In this document: positions 50,471 through 60,560 of the stretch, piece after piece
Numbering within the stretch: position 1 is the first letter of the stretch
Layout of the letters: each line of letters opens with the position of its first letter
Source of the DNA: Candidatus Zixiibacteriota bacterium
GTDB taxonomy: Bacteria; Zixibacteria; MSB-5A5; GN15; JAAZOE01
NCBI GenBank assembly: GCA_043819555.1
Contig: JBDREQ010000009.1
Location: 99,006-163,005 of the forward strand
Direction of reading: 5' to 3'
Length of the DNA stretch: 64,000 bases
Program-made: the position numbers and the translations under genes
Notes under the pieces: model-generated
What the model was told of the DNA's origin: nothing
The model's input: the letters and a program-made list of their open reading frames with translations, nothing else
Database searches by the model: none

Positions 50471-52069
50471 TTACAATTTCCGCCAGCCGCGGCCGTCGCG
50501 CGATAATAAAATATCAGTTTGGTGCGGCCCCCAACTTCCCGCCTCATAATAGGCAAGATGCATAGAGGGATCGTTTTCCCATGCTTTAAGAACCGGATCA
50601 AGCAGCCCCCATGACAGATCGACTCCGTCTTCGCGAGCAAACAGCGTTGAATCTCCAAGGATCGTATCGAGTAAAAGCCGCTCATAGGCTTCGGGAGATG
50701 GAATCCCGAATGAAGTCGCATAATTGAATTCCATGCTGACCGGGTTGATTTCATAGGATTGACCGGGGCGTTTGGAACCGATGCAAAGCGAGATTCCTTC
50801 CTCGGGCTGGATTTTTATTCCCAGGACATTTGGCTGGAGATGCTCAATACCGGCCTGTTTGAATATCTGATGCGGCGGAGCTTTGAAGACTATATCCACT
50901 TCGGTAATTTTGCGGGCCAGACGTTTGCCGACCCGAATATAAAAAGGGACTCCCGACCATCGCCAATTATCAATTTCAAGACGCATCGCCAAATATGTTT
51001 CCGTTCGGGAGCTTTCAGAAACACCTGGTTCTTCAAGATATCCAACAACCGATTTGCCTCCGACTGACCCTTTTTGATATTGGCCTCGCACTACCTGACG
51101 CTGCACATTATCCAGATTAATCGGGTGCACGGACCGAAGCAGTTTTACTTTTTCATCCCGGATATATTGGGGGGCAAAAGATACCGGCGGTTCCATGGCA
51201 ATCAATGAGAATAATTGGAGAATATGGCTCTGAATCATATCCCGCATAATGCCCGAAGTATCAAAATATCCGGCGCGGCCTTCGACGCCCAGCGTCTCGG
51301 CTACGGTAATTTGGACATGATCTATATAGCGGCGATTCCATAGCGGTTCGAAGATTCCATTTCCAAGTCGAAAAGCCAGGATATTTTGAACGGTTTCTTT
51401 GCCCAGATAATGATCAATACGGTAAACTTGTTCTTCATTAAAAACCGAATGAACCGCCCCGGTCAGCATCCAGGCCGATTTTAAATCTTTGCCGTAGGGC
51501 TTTTCAATAACGATTCTTTGCCACCCCTCAGAAATATGACTTTCGTCGGTCAGCCCCGATTTTTTCAGATTACGAATAATTTCGGGAAACGCGTCAGGAG
51601 GCGTGGCCAGATAGTATAATCGATTGGGCGCTCCCCCGCGCTGAGCCTCAATCTCACGAATATATCCGGCCAAGGCTTTAAAATCTTCGGGATTATCAAA
51701 ATTGCCTCGGCAATAAGAAATCGACATTAGGAATTTGTCGAGTCCAGAAAACCTCTCGGGATTCACACGGGAAAATTCCTCAAGGGCTTTTCGCATTAAA
51801 CTACGAAATTCGGAATGTTTTTTGTCGCTACGGGCAAAACCGATAATATTGAACGGCACCGTTATAGATTTGTCCGCGGTCAAATTGAATAAAGCCGGTA
51901 CCAGTTTTCGTCGGGTCAGATCGCCCGAGGCGCCAAAAATTATTATACTACATGGCTCGGCGTTGGTGTGTCCGGTTTGATTCCTGCGAAAAGGATTTAT
52001 ACCGGATCCAGATGAAAATTCCGATTTTTCATTCCCCACTGTTTTTATCCTTAACGGGATGACCGCCAA
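50471..52069 (-). CDS. zwf: Glucose-6-phosphate 1-dehydrogenase
   Basis: IFGASGDLTRRKLVPAL, IEKPYG, RIDHYLGKETVQN and RWSGVPFYIRVGK. Confidence 0.97.
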   Translation of the reverse strand: MAVIPLRIKTVGNEKSEFSSGSGINPFRRNQTGHTNAEPCSIIIFGASGDLTRRKLVPALFNLTADKSITVPFNIIGFARSDKKHSEFRSLMRKALEEFSRVNPERFSGLDKFLMSISYCRGNFDNPEDFKALAGYIREIEAQRGGAPNRLYYLATPPDAFPEIIRNLKKSGLTDESHISEGWQRIVIEKPYGKDLKSAWMLTGAVHSVFNEEQVYRIDHYLGKETVQNILAFRLGNGIFEPLWNRRYIDHVQITVAETLGVEGRAGYFDTSGIMRDMIQSHILQLFSLIAMEPPVSFAPQYIRDEKVKLLRSVHPINLDNVQRQVVRGQYQKGSVGGKSVVGYLEEPGVSESSRTETYLAMRLEIDNWRWSGVPFYIRVGKRLARKITEVDIVFKAPPHQIFKQAGIEHLQPNVLGIKIQPEEGISLCIGSKRPGQSYEINPVSMEFNYATSFGIPSPEAYERLLLDTILGDSTLFAREDGVDLSWGLLDPVLKAWENDPSMHLAYYEAGSWGPHQTDILLSRDGRGWRKL

Positions 52070-52937
52070 ATTGATTTCTTAGCGCTGCCAAAACTTTGGC
52101 TGAAAAGGATTCATCCTGACGACTCCGAAACCGAGTCATCAAAGCATTGACGATACTTAAGGCCGGAACATCCTTGTCTATGGCTTCAAGAACTGTCCAG
52201 CGCCCCTCGCCGGAATCATCGACATAATCCGAGATATTTTCAAGATGGGCATCATCTGAAAAAGCATTTTCAGCCAGCTCCAATAACCAGCTTCGGACAA
52301 CGGAACCCTGATTCCAAAGATGGCAAACTTTTTCAAGATCATAGTCATAATCCGATTTTTCAAGAATTTCAAACCCTTCGGCATAAGCCTGCATCATGGC
52401 GTACTCGATGCCATTGTGTATCATCTTTAGATAATGTCCAGCACCCGATTTCCCGACATACAAATATCCTTCCGGTGGGGCGAGAGATTTCATGATAGGT
52501 TTAATCGCATCAAACGCCTGCCGGTTTCCTCCGGCCATCATACAATAGCCGGCATCAAGCCCCCAGATTCCGCCCGAAGTTCCGACATCAAGCAAATGAA
52601 TTTTCCTATGGGATAATTTGGTGGCATTGGAAACAGTATCATGGAAATTGGAATTACCGCCGTCAACAACAATGGACTCGCCAGGTAATAGGCTGGATAA
52701 TTCCTCCAATACACCATTGGTGATATTTCCCGCTGGAACCATTATCCATATTACTTGAGGTTTGGGGAGTTTTTTGACTAAATCAGAGAGTGATATCGCC
52801 GGATCGGCGCCTAAAGCAACGGCCTCCTCAACGGAGGCCGTGTTTAAATCATGTACAATAATCTCATGGCCATCCCGAATTAGGCGGGTTACCATATTAA
52901 GTCCCATTTTTCCAAGACCAACAAAGCCAATTTTCAT
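52029..52937 (-). CDS. gnd: 6-phosphogluconate dehydrogenase, decarboxylating (short YqeC type)
   Basis: GLGKMG, DGGNS, DVGTSGG, KMIHNGIEY, DSGEGRWT and ALRNQFGGH. Confidence 0.95.
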   Translation of the reverse strand: MKIGFVGLGKMGLNMVTRLIRDGHEIIVHDLNTASVEEAVALGADPAISLSDLVKKLPKPQVIWIMVPAGNITNGVLEELSSLLPGESIVVDGGNSNFHDTVSNATKLSHRKIHLLDVGTSGGIWGLDAGYCMMAGGNRQAFDAIKPIMKSLAPPEGYLYVGKSGAGHYLKMIHNGIEYAMMQAYAEGFEILEKSDYDYDLEKVCHLWNQGSVVRSWLLELAENAFSDDAHLENISDYVDDSGEGRWTVLEAIDKDVPALSIVNALMTRFRSRQDESFSAKVLAALRNQFGGHPVKDKNSGE

Positions 52938-52971
52938 AAAATTTCAGCCTGTTCGCCCTGAGACAAGATTA

Positions 52972-54675
52972 TTATTTTTTTACCAGCTCAAGAAAACGTG
53001 TCAATCCCGCCACAGGGTTGCTCTTTAGGTTTATAGTTATTATGGGGCGTTTGCGTTTCTTGAGAGCCGCGATATCAGCCTTGGCTTGAGCTTTTATCAA
53101 TCGCTCAAAACTAAACAGAGTCAAGGGTATATCGTAATCATTTGGAAACTCTCGCTCAAAAACAATAAAATGTCCGTTTTGCTTTCCGCCTTTATGTAAT
53201 TGCCCCAATGAATGCAAATACCGAGGGCCGAAACTGCGCAAAACAGTGACATTATAATCTTTGGCAAGCGTCTCACGAACGACGTCAAACTTTCGTTCGA
53301 TCGCGGGAGTAATTTCGCTGTAACATAATAGCGAAATATAATCACCCTTTCCAATATCGCCAAAAAAGCTCCGAATTATTTCTTCGGGTGAATAAGGTTT
53401 CTTGCGCGCCAAAGCCTTGATTTCTTCAGCGCCCATTATATCCATATCCCCGTAATAGAATAACGGATCAATCGGTATGATTTTGCGAGGTCCCCGCCGA
53501 GTTTTTAGAAATTCATATGTATTGGCCTTGGTTTCAGCGACATTTGGTTCATCAAAAGGATTTACATCCATAATAATGGAACTTACCGCGGTCGCCATTT
53601 CCCATTTCAACATCTCCGCCCCCAGATTAACCGACTTGGAAACGTTTATAACCACCCACGGAATGTTAGATCCCGAAGAAGGTAATAATTTGGGTTTCTC
53701 ACCGCCCATTGTGTAATAAATAAAGGCGCTATCGTTATTTACGTCGGATACCGGACCGCGATTATCTCCCTCAATCGGAACAATTCCCTTACCGTCTTTG
53801 CCCGTTGATTCTGCGACCAACTGCTCAATCCAGGGAATAAGCGAAGCCGTTTTGGGCGAGGCGACAAATCTTAATTTATCCTTTCCGGCTTCCCAGGCAC
53901 TGCCCAGAAAACAACCCAGAGATAAGGCATCATTGTTATTGGGGTTTGCTTCCATGGTTGATAAAAAATCGTCGGCGCTGGAAATTATCCCATTTATATT
54001 CGCCTTGGTGAACGCCGCCGGTACCAACCCAAAATATGAAAGTGCGGAATACCGCCCGCCCACATCACCCGGATTGAGATACAAAGCTCGAAAACGATTG
54101 CGCCGCGACATGTGGTGCAAATCCGACCGCTCATCGGTAACAGCACAAAAATACTTCCCGGCTTTTAAAGGACGAGCGTCCTTAATCCGCCGAAACAGCA
54201 ATCGAAACAACGATATTGTTTCGATAGTACTGCCCGATTTTGACTCGACAATAAAAAATGATTTTGTCAAATCAATTGATTTAAAAATCTCATCAAGAAC
54301 TGTCGGGGCCGTTGTATCGACAATTGTAAAGGTTTTGAGCCAGCTTTGCTTGCCAAAAACTTTGGAGATAACACTAGCGGAAAGCGAGGATCCGCCCATT
54401 CCAAGAACAAAAAGATGCTCAACGCCATCGTCGCGAACAGCGTCGGCCATTCGTTCTATGGCGAGTGTCTCTCTCTTCAAAGACCTCATCACATCGGTCC
54501 ACCCGAGCCGCTCCTCAATCAATGCGATTTGTTCTCGGCCCTTTTTGTTAAAGACGCTCGGTCGCTTGTCGATTATTTTTTCAATAATGTTTGACTGACC
54601 GGCCTTTTTTAGCCAAGCATCATAGCCCCTCTTGATTCCCCCTGGATGTACTACTTGTTTTGTTGCATCAGACAT
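52972..54675 (-). CDS. pgi: Glucose-6-phosphate isomerase (Tal-Pgi-type Pgi domain, stand-alone)
   Basis: RLGW, LGMGGSSL, SKSGSTIET, GGRYSALS, EQLVAESTGK, NPFDEPNV and GPRYLHSLGQLHKGG. Confidence 0.88.
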   Translation of the reverse strand: MSDATKQVVHPGGIKRGYDAWLKKAGQSNIIEKIIDKRPSVFNKKGREQIALIEERLGWTDVMRSLKRETLAIERMADAVRDDGVEHLFVLGMGGSSLSASVISKVFGKQSWLKTFTIVDTTAPTVLDEIFKSIDLTKSFFIVESKSGSTIETISLFRLLFRRIKDARPLKAGKYFCAVTDERSDLHHMSRRNRFRALYLNPGDVGGRYSALSYFGLVPAAFTKANINGIISSADDFLSTMEANPNNNDALSLGCFLGSAWEAGKDKLRFVASPKTASLIPWIEQLVAESTGKDGKGIVPIEGDNRGPVSDVNNDSAFIYYTMGGEKPKLLPSSGSNIPWVVINVSKSVNLGAEMLKWEMATAVSSIIMDVNPFDEPNVAETKANTYEFLKTRRGPRKIIPIDPLFYYGDMDIMGAEEIKALARKKPYSPEEIIRSFFGDIGKGDYISLLCYSEITPAIERKFDVVRETLAKDYNVTVLRSFGPRYLHSLGQLHKGGKQNGHFIVFEREFPNDYDIPLTLFSFERLIKAQAKADIAALKKRKRPIITINLKSNPVAGLTRFLELVKK

Positions 54676-55028
54676 TCAAAAAGTCCCCCTTAATGAATAA
54701 ATTGATTTATTAATGAACAGATTTATCCATTAAAAGTCAAGGGAATACTATTAGGATTGATTCCCGTTCAATTTGTGATTACTCGCAATTCTTTCCAAAT
54801 AGCCCTAAAACCATATTTTGCTCGCCTATAATACGAAATAATTCCGAAGAAGTCTATTATATTTTAACATCAAAACTAATTTATATTTCAAGAATTTATA
54901 TTATATTCCTCATTTGTCATGATCCGCAAAAGCCTAATCCGTGCCGGTTTAAGAATCAGTTAATGGCTTCCGGGCAGTTATTCCTGATGGCTTTTATTGA
55001 TAATAAATATGTTATTTTCAGAAATGGG

Positions 55029-55694
55029 TTAAATTGTGCTCCTGCCCGGCAATGAACGCAGAAATCCTACTAATTCCGCTTTGGTGTCCTCTCCAAAAAA
55101 AGCAGACCCCATAACCAAAACATCGACACCCGCCGCTATAACATCCGGAGCGTTTTTACGATTTATGCCGCCGTCAATCTCAAGCAGACAGTTTAAACCA
55201 TTATCGTCTATGAAGTCCTTAATTTTCTTCGCCCGTTGAATTGACTCGGGTATAAAACTCTGACCGCCAAATCCTGGGAAAACCGACATAAGCAAAATCA
55301 AATCGACTTGATGAAGAAAAGGAAGAACCGATTCTACCGGCATATCGGGATTGATAGACAATCCAACCTTTTTCCCCAGGGTGCGAATTAACTCAATATT
55401 GGGCATAGGGTTGGGGGCGGTTTCGAGATGAAAAGCAAGCAGATCCGCACCTGCCGCCGCAAATGGCCCAAAAAATTCATCCGGTTTTTCAACCATCAGA
55501 TGAACATCCAAAAATAGATTTGTGGAGCGTTTCAGAGCCTTGACCAAATCCGGTCCCATTGTCAAATTGGGCACAAAATGCCCATCCATGATATCTACAT
55601 GCAGCCAATCAGCCCCAGCCTTCTCGGCTTTTTTCGCTTCTACCCCAATACAGGCAAAATCGGCCCCCAAAATTGATGGCGCTATCTTAATCAT
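55029..55694 (-). CDS. rpe: Ribulose-phosphate 3-epimerase
   Basis: IAPSIL, HVDIMDGHFVPNLTMG, DVHLMV, MSVFPGFGGQ and EIDGGI. Confidence 0.96.
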   Translation of the reverse strand: MIKIAPSILGADFACIGVEAKKAEKAGADWLHVDIMDGHFVPNLTMGPDLVKALKRSTNLFLDVHLMVEKPDEFFGPFAAAGADLLAFHLETAPNPMPNIELIRTLGKKVGLSINPDMPVESVLPFLHQVDLILLMSVFPGFGGQSFIPESIQRAKKIKDFIDDNGLNCLLEIDGGINRKNAPDVIAAGVDVLVMGSAFFGEDTKAELVGFLRSLPGRSTI

Positions 55695-55808
55695 ACTCGG
55701 GATTATACTATAAGATGTTACAATTCCCAACTGATTTTAAAACTATAATTTAAAAATTTGTGAATAGCTGGGCATTTTGGCAATAATGATGTAAATCGTT
55801 GGATTCGC

Positions 55809-57098
55809 TTAATAGAGGTTTTTTAAAGCGGTGCCTTGATAATATAAAGATAAAATGGAATCATAAGTTATGCCCTGGGCGGCGAGGCCCTTGGCTCCCA
55901 TTTGACACATGCCGACGCCATGCCCGTATCCGCGCCCATGAAAAACAACTTCTTCGATCTCGCCATGATTATTTTTTTTAATATCGAGTGTAAAATTGGC
56001 CGAACGCAAAATCCCACCGGAATTATCGCTCCGTCCGACAACCCAGCGAACTTTTTCCTTATTAAAAGTGTATCTGCCATTGGCAGTTTCAAACGTAATC
56101 GCCGCCGTACGGCCGCCGGGAGTCCGATTTGGGATACGAATGTCAATGAGCCGGCCAATCCGAATATCATTACCCCGTTCACGCGATAGATATTGATCTA
56201 TTCTCAGAACCAGCTGATCGGCGGTAAATGTTTCTTCCCAGGAATGATATTTGGAAATCTTGCAGGCATCCCCATCGCTAATCATCTTCAGATATGGACG
56301 CGGATCTTTCTCCCAGACATCCTCGATATCATCGGTTGTCCCGCCGCAAGTCGAATGATAATAGGCGTCAATCATTTCGTCTTTGTATACCGCCACCTGG
56401 CCTTTGGTTGCTATTATAGCTTTGTGAAAATTCTTTATCTCTGCCGATAGTCCGCCGTAAACCTGATCGATGATATCAGACTTGAGATCATATCCGGCTT
56501 CATCGCCGTACTGTCCTAAATGCGACATGGCATAGGTGCGAGCCGCAACCGCCTGAGCTTTCACCGATTCTATCATCGAATCGGGCGTGGGACCAATCTC
56601 AAGCGGAACCACACCGAGCAAATAATCCTCGATATACACAATATTGACGATCTTTATCTGTCCGGAGATGGAGATCAACTCAAACAGACCACGGTATTGC
56701 TTGTTATCATAACCGAGAATCTGGTTCTTTCCCCGCGGTGATATAATTATGCGATCGATATCATAATCAAGAGTTGTGCCGGTTTTGGTAAACAGCGCCA
56801 GTTTCCTGCCTTCGCTTTTGACTTTGACTGACTGACGTGAGTAATAGGAATATCGATCGTCGCCTTTATAGCAGTCAATCGCCATTTGATCGCCGCCCGA
56901 TATAAAGCTATGTTGGCGTGAGGCGTCATCAAGTAAAATGCGCACAAACGGCAATCGGCTGAACGGCATCGGGGATTCATCTATCCGCGGGACTCGCCCA
57001 CAGCCCCAGACAAGTATAATCATAAACACGAAAAGGCTAATGCGAACCAGCCATGATTTTATCTTTTCAAATATCATATCTTTATATGTATCGGCCAA
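55809..57098 (-). CDS. SpoIID/LytB domain protein (lytic transglycosylase-like), lipoprotein
   Basis: Lipobox VWGC; EDYLLGVVPLE, KAQAVAARTYA, DQVYGG, YHSTCGG and GYGHGVGMCQMGA. Confidence 0.9.
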   Translation of the reverse strand: MADTYKDMIFEKIKSWLVRISLFVFMIILVWGCGRVPRIDESPMPFSRLPFVRILLDDASRQHSFISGGDQMAIDCYKGDDRYSYYSRQSVKVKSEGRKLALFTKTGTTLDYDIDRIIISPRGKNQILGYDNKQYRGLFELISISGQIKIVNIVYIEDYLLGVVPLEIGPTPDSMIESVKAQAVAARTYAMSHLGQYGDEAGYDLKSDIIDQVYGGLSAEIKNFHKAIIATKGQVAVYKDEMIDAYYHSTCGGTTDDIEDVWEKDPRPYLKMISDGDACKISKYHSWEETFTADQLVLRIDQYLSRERGNDIRIGRLIDIRIPNRTPGGRTAAITFETANGRYTFNKEKVRWVVGRSDNSGGILRSANFTLDIKKNNHGEIEEVVFHGRGYGHGVGMCQMGAKGLAAQGITYDSILSLYYQGTALKNLY

Positions 57099-57106
57099 TT
57101 ATGGTT

Positions 57107-58303
57107 TCATTTGACCATTTTGATAATATTTCCGCCTCCCGGCAAAGATAATTTTCCAGCAATACCACCCGCCTGCGCACCGGTGACTTTTGGTAATGTC
57201 GATGCTATAGAGTTTAAATAGCATCCACCCAAAACCGCAAAACTGGCAGCTTCCAGCAAGTCACCGTCATATCCGAGTTTTTCAATGGGCCAAACCGGTA
57301 TGGGGTCGCAGTAATTTGTTATCCTTTCGAAAAGATAAGTATTTTTGCGGCCCCCTCCGCATAAATATACTGCTTCGCAATCTTTATCGCCCAAATATTT
57401 TTTGATAGAATTATATACCAATCGGGCCGTGCCTTCGCATATCGATGTCACAATAGATTCTTTATCCGCTTTTACTTTTCGAGAAATATGCACGAGACGG
57501 GCCAATAGTCGATAATCAAACATTTCGCGGCCGGTCGAAACCGTTTTGCGTTTATTGGCATTTATGATTGCCAATACAATCTCTTTTTCGATTTTCCCGG
57601 ATGAAGCTATCGTCCCATTTTTATCGAATGGCGTATTGAACATTAATTTGCAGGCCATATCCGATAACACGTTCCCGGGACCGCAATCCCCGCCTGCGAT
57701 TTTATTGAAATCCCGGTCAGGAAAATGATAACTGAAATTGGCGATTCCGCCAATATTGACGATGAGTCTTCCCCTGAGATTATGCCCGAATAAAATTTGA
57801 TTGACAAACGGCGTCAACGGCGCGCCTTCCCCGCCCAATGCGATATCAGCCCTGCGGAAATCTGTAATTGCCGGAACGCCAGAGGAAAATGCGATGGCAT
57901 TGCCGTCTCCTATCTGAACTGTAGCTTTTGTTTTGATGCCCAGAGCTGTTACGGAAGACGGATAATGCCCAATTGTCTGGCCATGTGAGGCAATCGCATC
58001 AATTTGAATTCCCGTCTCATCTGAGAATTTTCGGGCGACTTGGCCCAAATAATGACCATAGGTAATGTCAATCCGCGATAGTCTATCAAGGTCAACCCGG
58101 TGATCGTCGATGATATTTTCCAGTTCCCGTTTGATTTTAGCGGGAAATGAAATCATCTTGCCTGTGATGAATTTTATCCCGGGATTTTTTGCGGCCGAAA
58201 ATTTAATTGTCGCCAGATCAATTCCATCGGCCGATGTACCCGAATTGATTCCCAGGATAGTTAAATTCTTTTTTGCTGTCAGTTTTTTAAAAAAATGTGA
58301 CAT
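57107..58303 (-). CDS. anmK: Anhydro-N-acetylmuramic acid kinase
   Basis: GINSGTSADGID, SHGQT, DFRRADIALGGEGAPL, NIGGIAN, DCGPGN, STGRE and CGGG. Confidence 0.94.
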   Translation of the reverse strand: MSHFFKKLTAKKNLTILGINSGTSADGIDLATIKFSAAKNPGIKFITGKMISFPAKIKRELENIIDDHRVDLDRLSRIDITYGHYLGQVARKFSDETGIQIDAIASHGQTIGHYPSSVTALGIKTKATVQIGDGNAIAFSSGVPAITDFRRADIALGGEGAPLTPFVNQILFGHNLRGRLIVNIGGIANFSYHFPDRDFNKIAGGDCGPGNVLSDMACKLMFNTPFDKNGTIASSGKIEKEIVLAIINANKRKTVSTGREMFDYRLLARLVHISRKVKADKESIVTSICEGTARLVYNSIKKYLGDKDCEAVYLCGGGRKNTYLFERITNYCDPIPVWPIEKLGYDGDLLEAASFAVLGGCYLNSIASTLPKVTGAQAGGIAGKLSLPGGGNIIKMVK

Positions 58304-58305
58304 TT

Positions 58306-59154
58306 TTAAAAACTCAAAAACTGTTTGGTTTTATCCGATGCCTTTTCCCAGTTCCGCGTATTTTTCTCAATAACATCAGCCATACTCACCTTCTCTATGT
58401 TCATTTCAAAACTATAACAAAGACGGAACAAACGTTCGCGCAACTGGTCGGCTTGCCTTTTATTTTCGATAGGAGCCGTGAAGGCTCTGCGAATTTTGGG
58501 AAAATAAATCGCTTCCGGAATAAGATTGTTCTCAAAATAAAAATAGAACCATTTGGTAAGGTATGGCTGGAATAATTTATTTTTGGCGTATGCCCACAAA
58601 ATCATGTTTTCAGCTGCCCGTCTCAGGAGATGCGCCAAATTCCATATCTGTCCCCGCGCTTCCCAGGCAGGATAGATATAATTCAAGATTTCATCGACCC
58701 GGTGATGATAGCGATTCAATAAAAGTTTTTGTTCATTTTTAGGAAATATAAGTTTTTTATCAAAAAGAGTTTTTACTTTGGCGCCCGGGTCATACCAAAT
58801 TTCGCCATATTTCAGCGTCCAGCGAACCACCTGCGACCAGTAATTTGAGGGAACTTTGTGCCTCATCGCATTCTGATAAGATAAAACCGGAATATCAAGT
58901 TGAATATTTTTATAACAAAGTTGGCCAATGGCAATGTAAGACGCTATCTGGCGGGCTTTTGATTTGTCGGCATATACAAAAAAATCAAGATCCGAGAATT
59001 CATCGCTGAATTTCCGCCCAATACCACCGGTCGCGACAATTCCCATAACGCCGCCAATATCGGAAATCTTATTGCATACAATCCTCCCCGCCTTACGAAA
59101 ACGGTTATTGATATTCCTGCTTTTGTAAGCAGTTCGTCGCATTATCTCCACCAT
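58306..59154 (-). CDS. Pol-beta superfamily nucleotidyltransferase-like protein
   Basis: TGGIGRKFSDEFSDLDF (G[GS]...DxD motif). Confidence 0.7.
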   Translation of the reverse strand: MVEIMRRTAYKSRNINNRFRKAGRIVCNKISDIGGVMGIVATGGIGRKFSDEFSDLDFFVYADKSKARQIASYIAIGQLCYKNIQLDIPVLSYQNAMRHKVPSNYWSQVVRWTLKYGEIWYDPGAKVKTLFDKKLIFPKNEQKLLLNRYHHRVDEILNYIYPAWEARGQIWNLAHLLRRAAENMILWAYAKNKLFQPYLTKWFYFYFENNLIPEAIYFPKIRRAFTAPIENKRQADQLRERLFRLCYSFEMNIEKVSMADVIEKNTRNWEKASDKTKQFLSF

Positions 59155-59163
59155 ACCTGGTCT

Positions 59164-59499
59164 TTACCTGAACGCATCCGGGTCTTCCCAGATATTATAA
59201 AGCTGTCCGAACGGATCGCGAATATAACAGCATTTACCTTTGCCCTCCCAGCGCTCCACTTGGCTGCCGGCGGCAACCAATTCCTCGCGAGCCTTTCCCA
59301 GATCCGGCACTATCAATTCCATAATAAGTTCCCGCGGTTCCCTGCCATCCAGAAAGAGGCGGTATGGATCAGCGTTTAGTTCAATTCCGTCGGGGCCTTC
59401 CTCGACGACCTCCAATCCTATGACATCGCGATAAAATTCCAGGATCTGTTTTTCCGCCGGATTCTGCATGGCAATACAGCGGCTGAATTTATAGGGCAT
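59164..59499 (-). CDS. VOC/glyoxalase family protein
   Basis: FYRDVIGL and YIRDPFG. Confidence 0.85.
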   Translation of the reverse strand: MPYKFSRCIAMQNPAEKQILEFYRDVIGLEVVEEGPDGIELNADPYRLFLDGREPRELIMELIVPDLGKAREELVAAGSQVERWEGKGKCCYIRDPFGQLYNIWEDPDAFR

Positions 59500-59535
59500 G
59501 GCTTATCTTTCCTTTATTTTAATTATTTTTATCTC

Positions 59536-60519
59536 TTATCCGCTCAATTGATATATGAGATTACCCACCCGTGAAGAGGCGTCCTCGATTCTCTGATCAG
59601 AAAAGTAAGCGGCCATCATTTTTTCATTAAACTCTTGAAACACTTCTTGCGTTTGTTTTAGTTTTTGTCCGAATAATAATAAATCCGCACCCGCTTCGAA
59701 TGCGCGGAGGGCGAGATTGGGCGCTTTATCAATATCAGATGCTCCCGACATCAGCAAATCATCGGTCAGGACCGCTTTATCAAATTTTAGTTTTTGCTTC
59801 AACCAGTCATCAATTATAATTCGCGAAACCGTTGCCGGATTTTCATCCACCTTAGGTATATTCAGATGAGTTACCATGATACTATCCACCTCATGCGATA
59901 TAATATCAAAAAATGGGCGGAGCTCAAACTCAAAAATATCTTTTTCAGACAAATCGGACTGCGATAGGGTCAAATGCGGATCATTGACCGATCGTCCCAG
60001 CCCAGGAAAATGTTTGCCGCAGCATAACAATCCCATCTCATGATGAATATCAATAGTAACCCTTGCGAAACGCGATACAATTTGAGGATCATCGGAGAAG
60101 GTGCGGGTATCAAGGACATGTTCAGGATTGGAATCAAATAAATCAACCGATGGCACGAGATTGATATTGATTCCGGTTTCATGCAATTCTTCACACACCC
60201 GTTTTAGATCACTGCAATATTGATCAAACTTATTGTGATATCCATAAAAACGAGGAGACTCCAGGCAAGGGAAGTTACTCGTCAACCGCTGCACCCGGCC
60301 CCCCTCCTGATCAATAGCAACGATCAATTTTCGCCCCAGCGTGTTTTTTAAATCTCTTAACCAGCTTTTAAGGCTATCCCTGTCTTCGCAATGATTAGCA
60401 AGAAGAATTAATCCGCTGATGTGATTATCCTGAATAAAAAAGAGTGTATCATCACGGGGCAATTTTTCCGGAAAAGAAATAATAAAAAATTTCCCCGGAT
60501 GTGATAAAGCACCATTCAT
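59536..60519 (-). CDS. nagZ: Beta-N-acetylhexosaminidase (GH3)
   Basis: AIDQEGGRVQR, KHFPGLG...DPH, MVTH and TDDL. Confidence 0.92.
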   Translation of the reverse strand: MNGALSHPGKFFIISFPEKLPRDDTLFFIQDNHISGLILLANHCEDRDSLKSWLRDLKNTLGRKLIVAIDQEGGRVQRLTSNFPCLESPRFYGYHNKFDQYCSDLKRVCEELHETGININLVPSVDLFDSNPEHVLDTRTFSDDPQIVSRFARVTIDIHHEMGLLCCGKHFPGLGRSVNDPHLTLSQSDLSEKDIFEFELRPFFDIISHEVDSIMVTHLNIPKVDENPATVSRIIIDDWLKQKLKFDKAVLTDDLLMSGASDIDKAPNLALRAFEAGADLLLFGQKLKQTQEVFQEFNEKMMAAYFSDQRIEDASSRVGNLIYQLSG

Positions 60520-60560
60520 AATTTGGCAATATATAAAAATTGTTGAGGGGTTTCAAAGAA

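Noticed and set aside
53798..54598. Long antisense ORFs (e.g. 53798-54598, 8651-9340) and other shadow ORFs in the track
   Set aside because: They lie opposite or inside well-supported genes and have no motifs or RBS.
54915..54990. CGCAAAAGCC...GGC stretch resembling a c-di-GMP-I riboswitch
   Set aside because: No GNRA-capped P2 stem or receptor, and it faces away from pgi.
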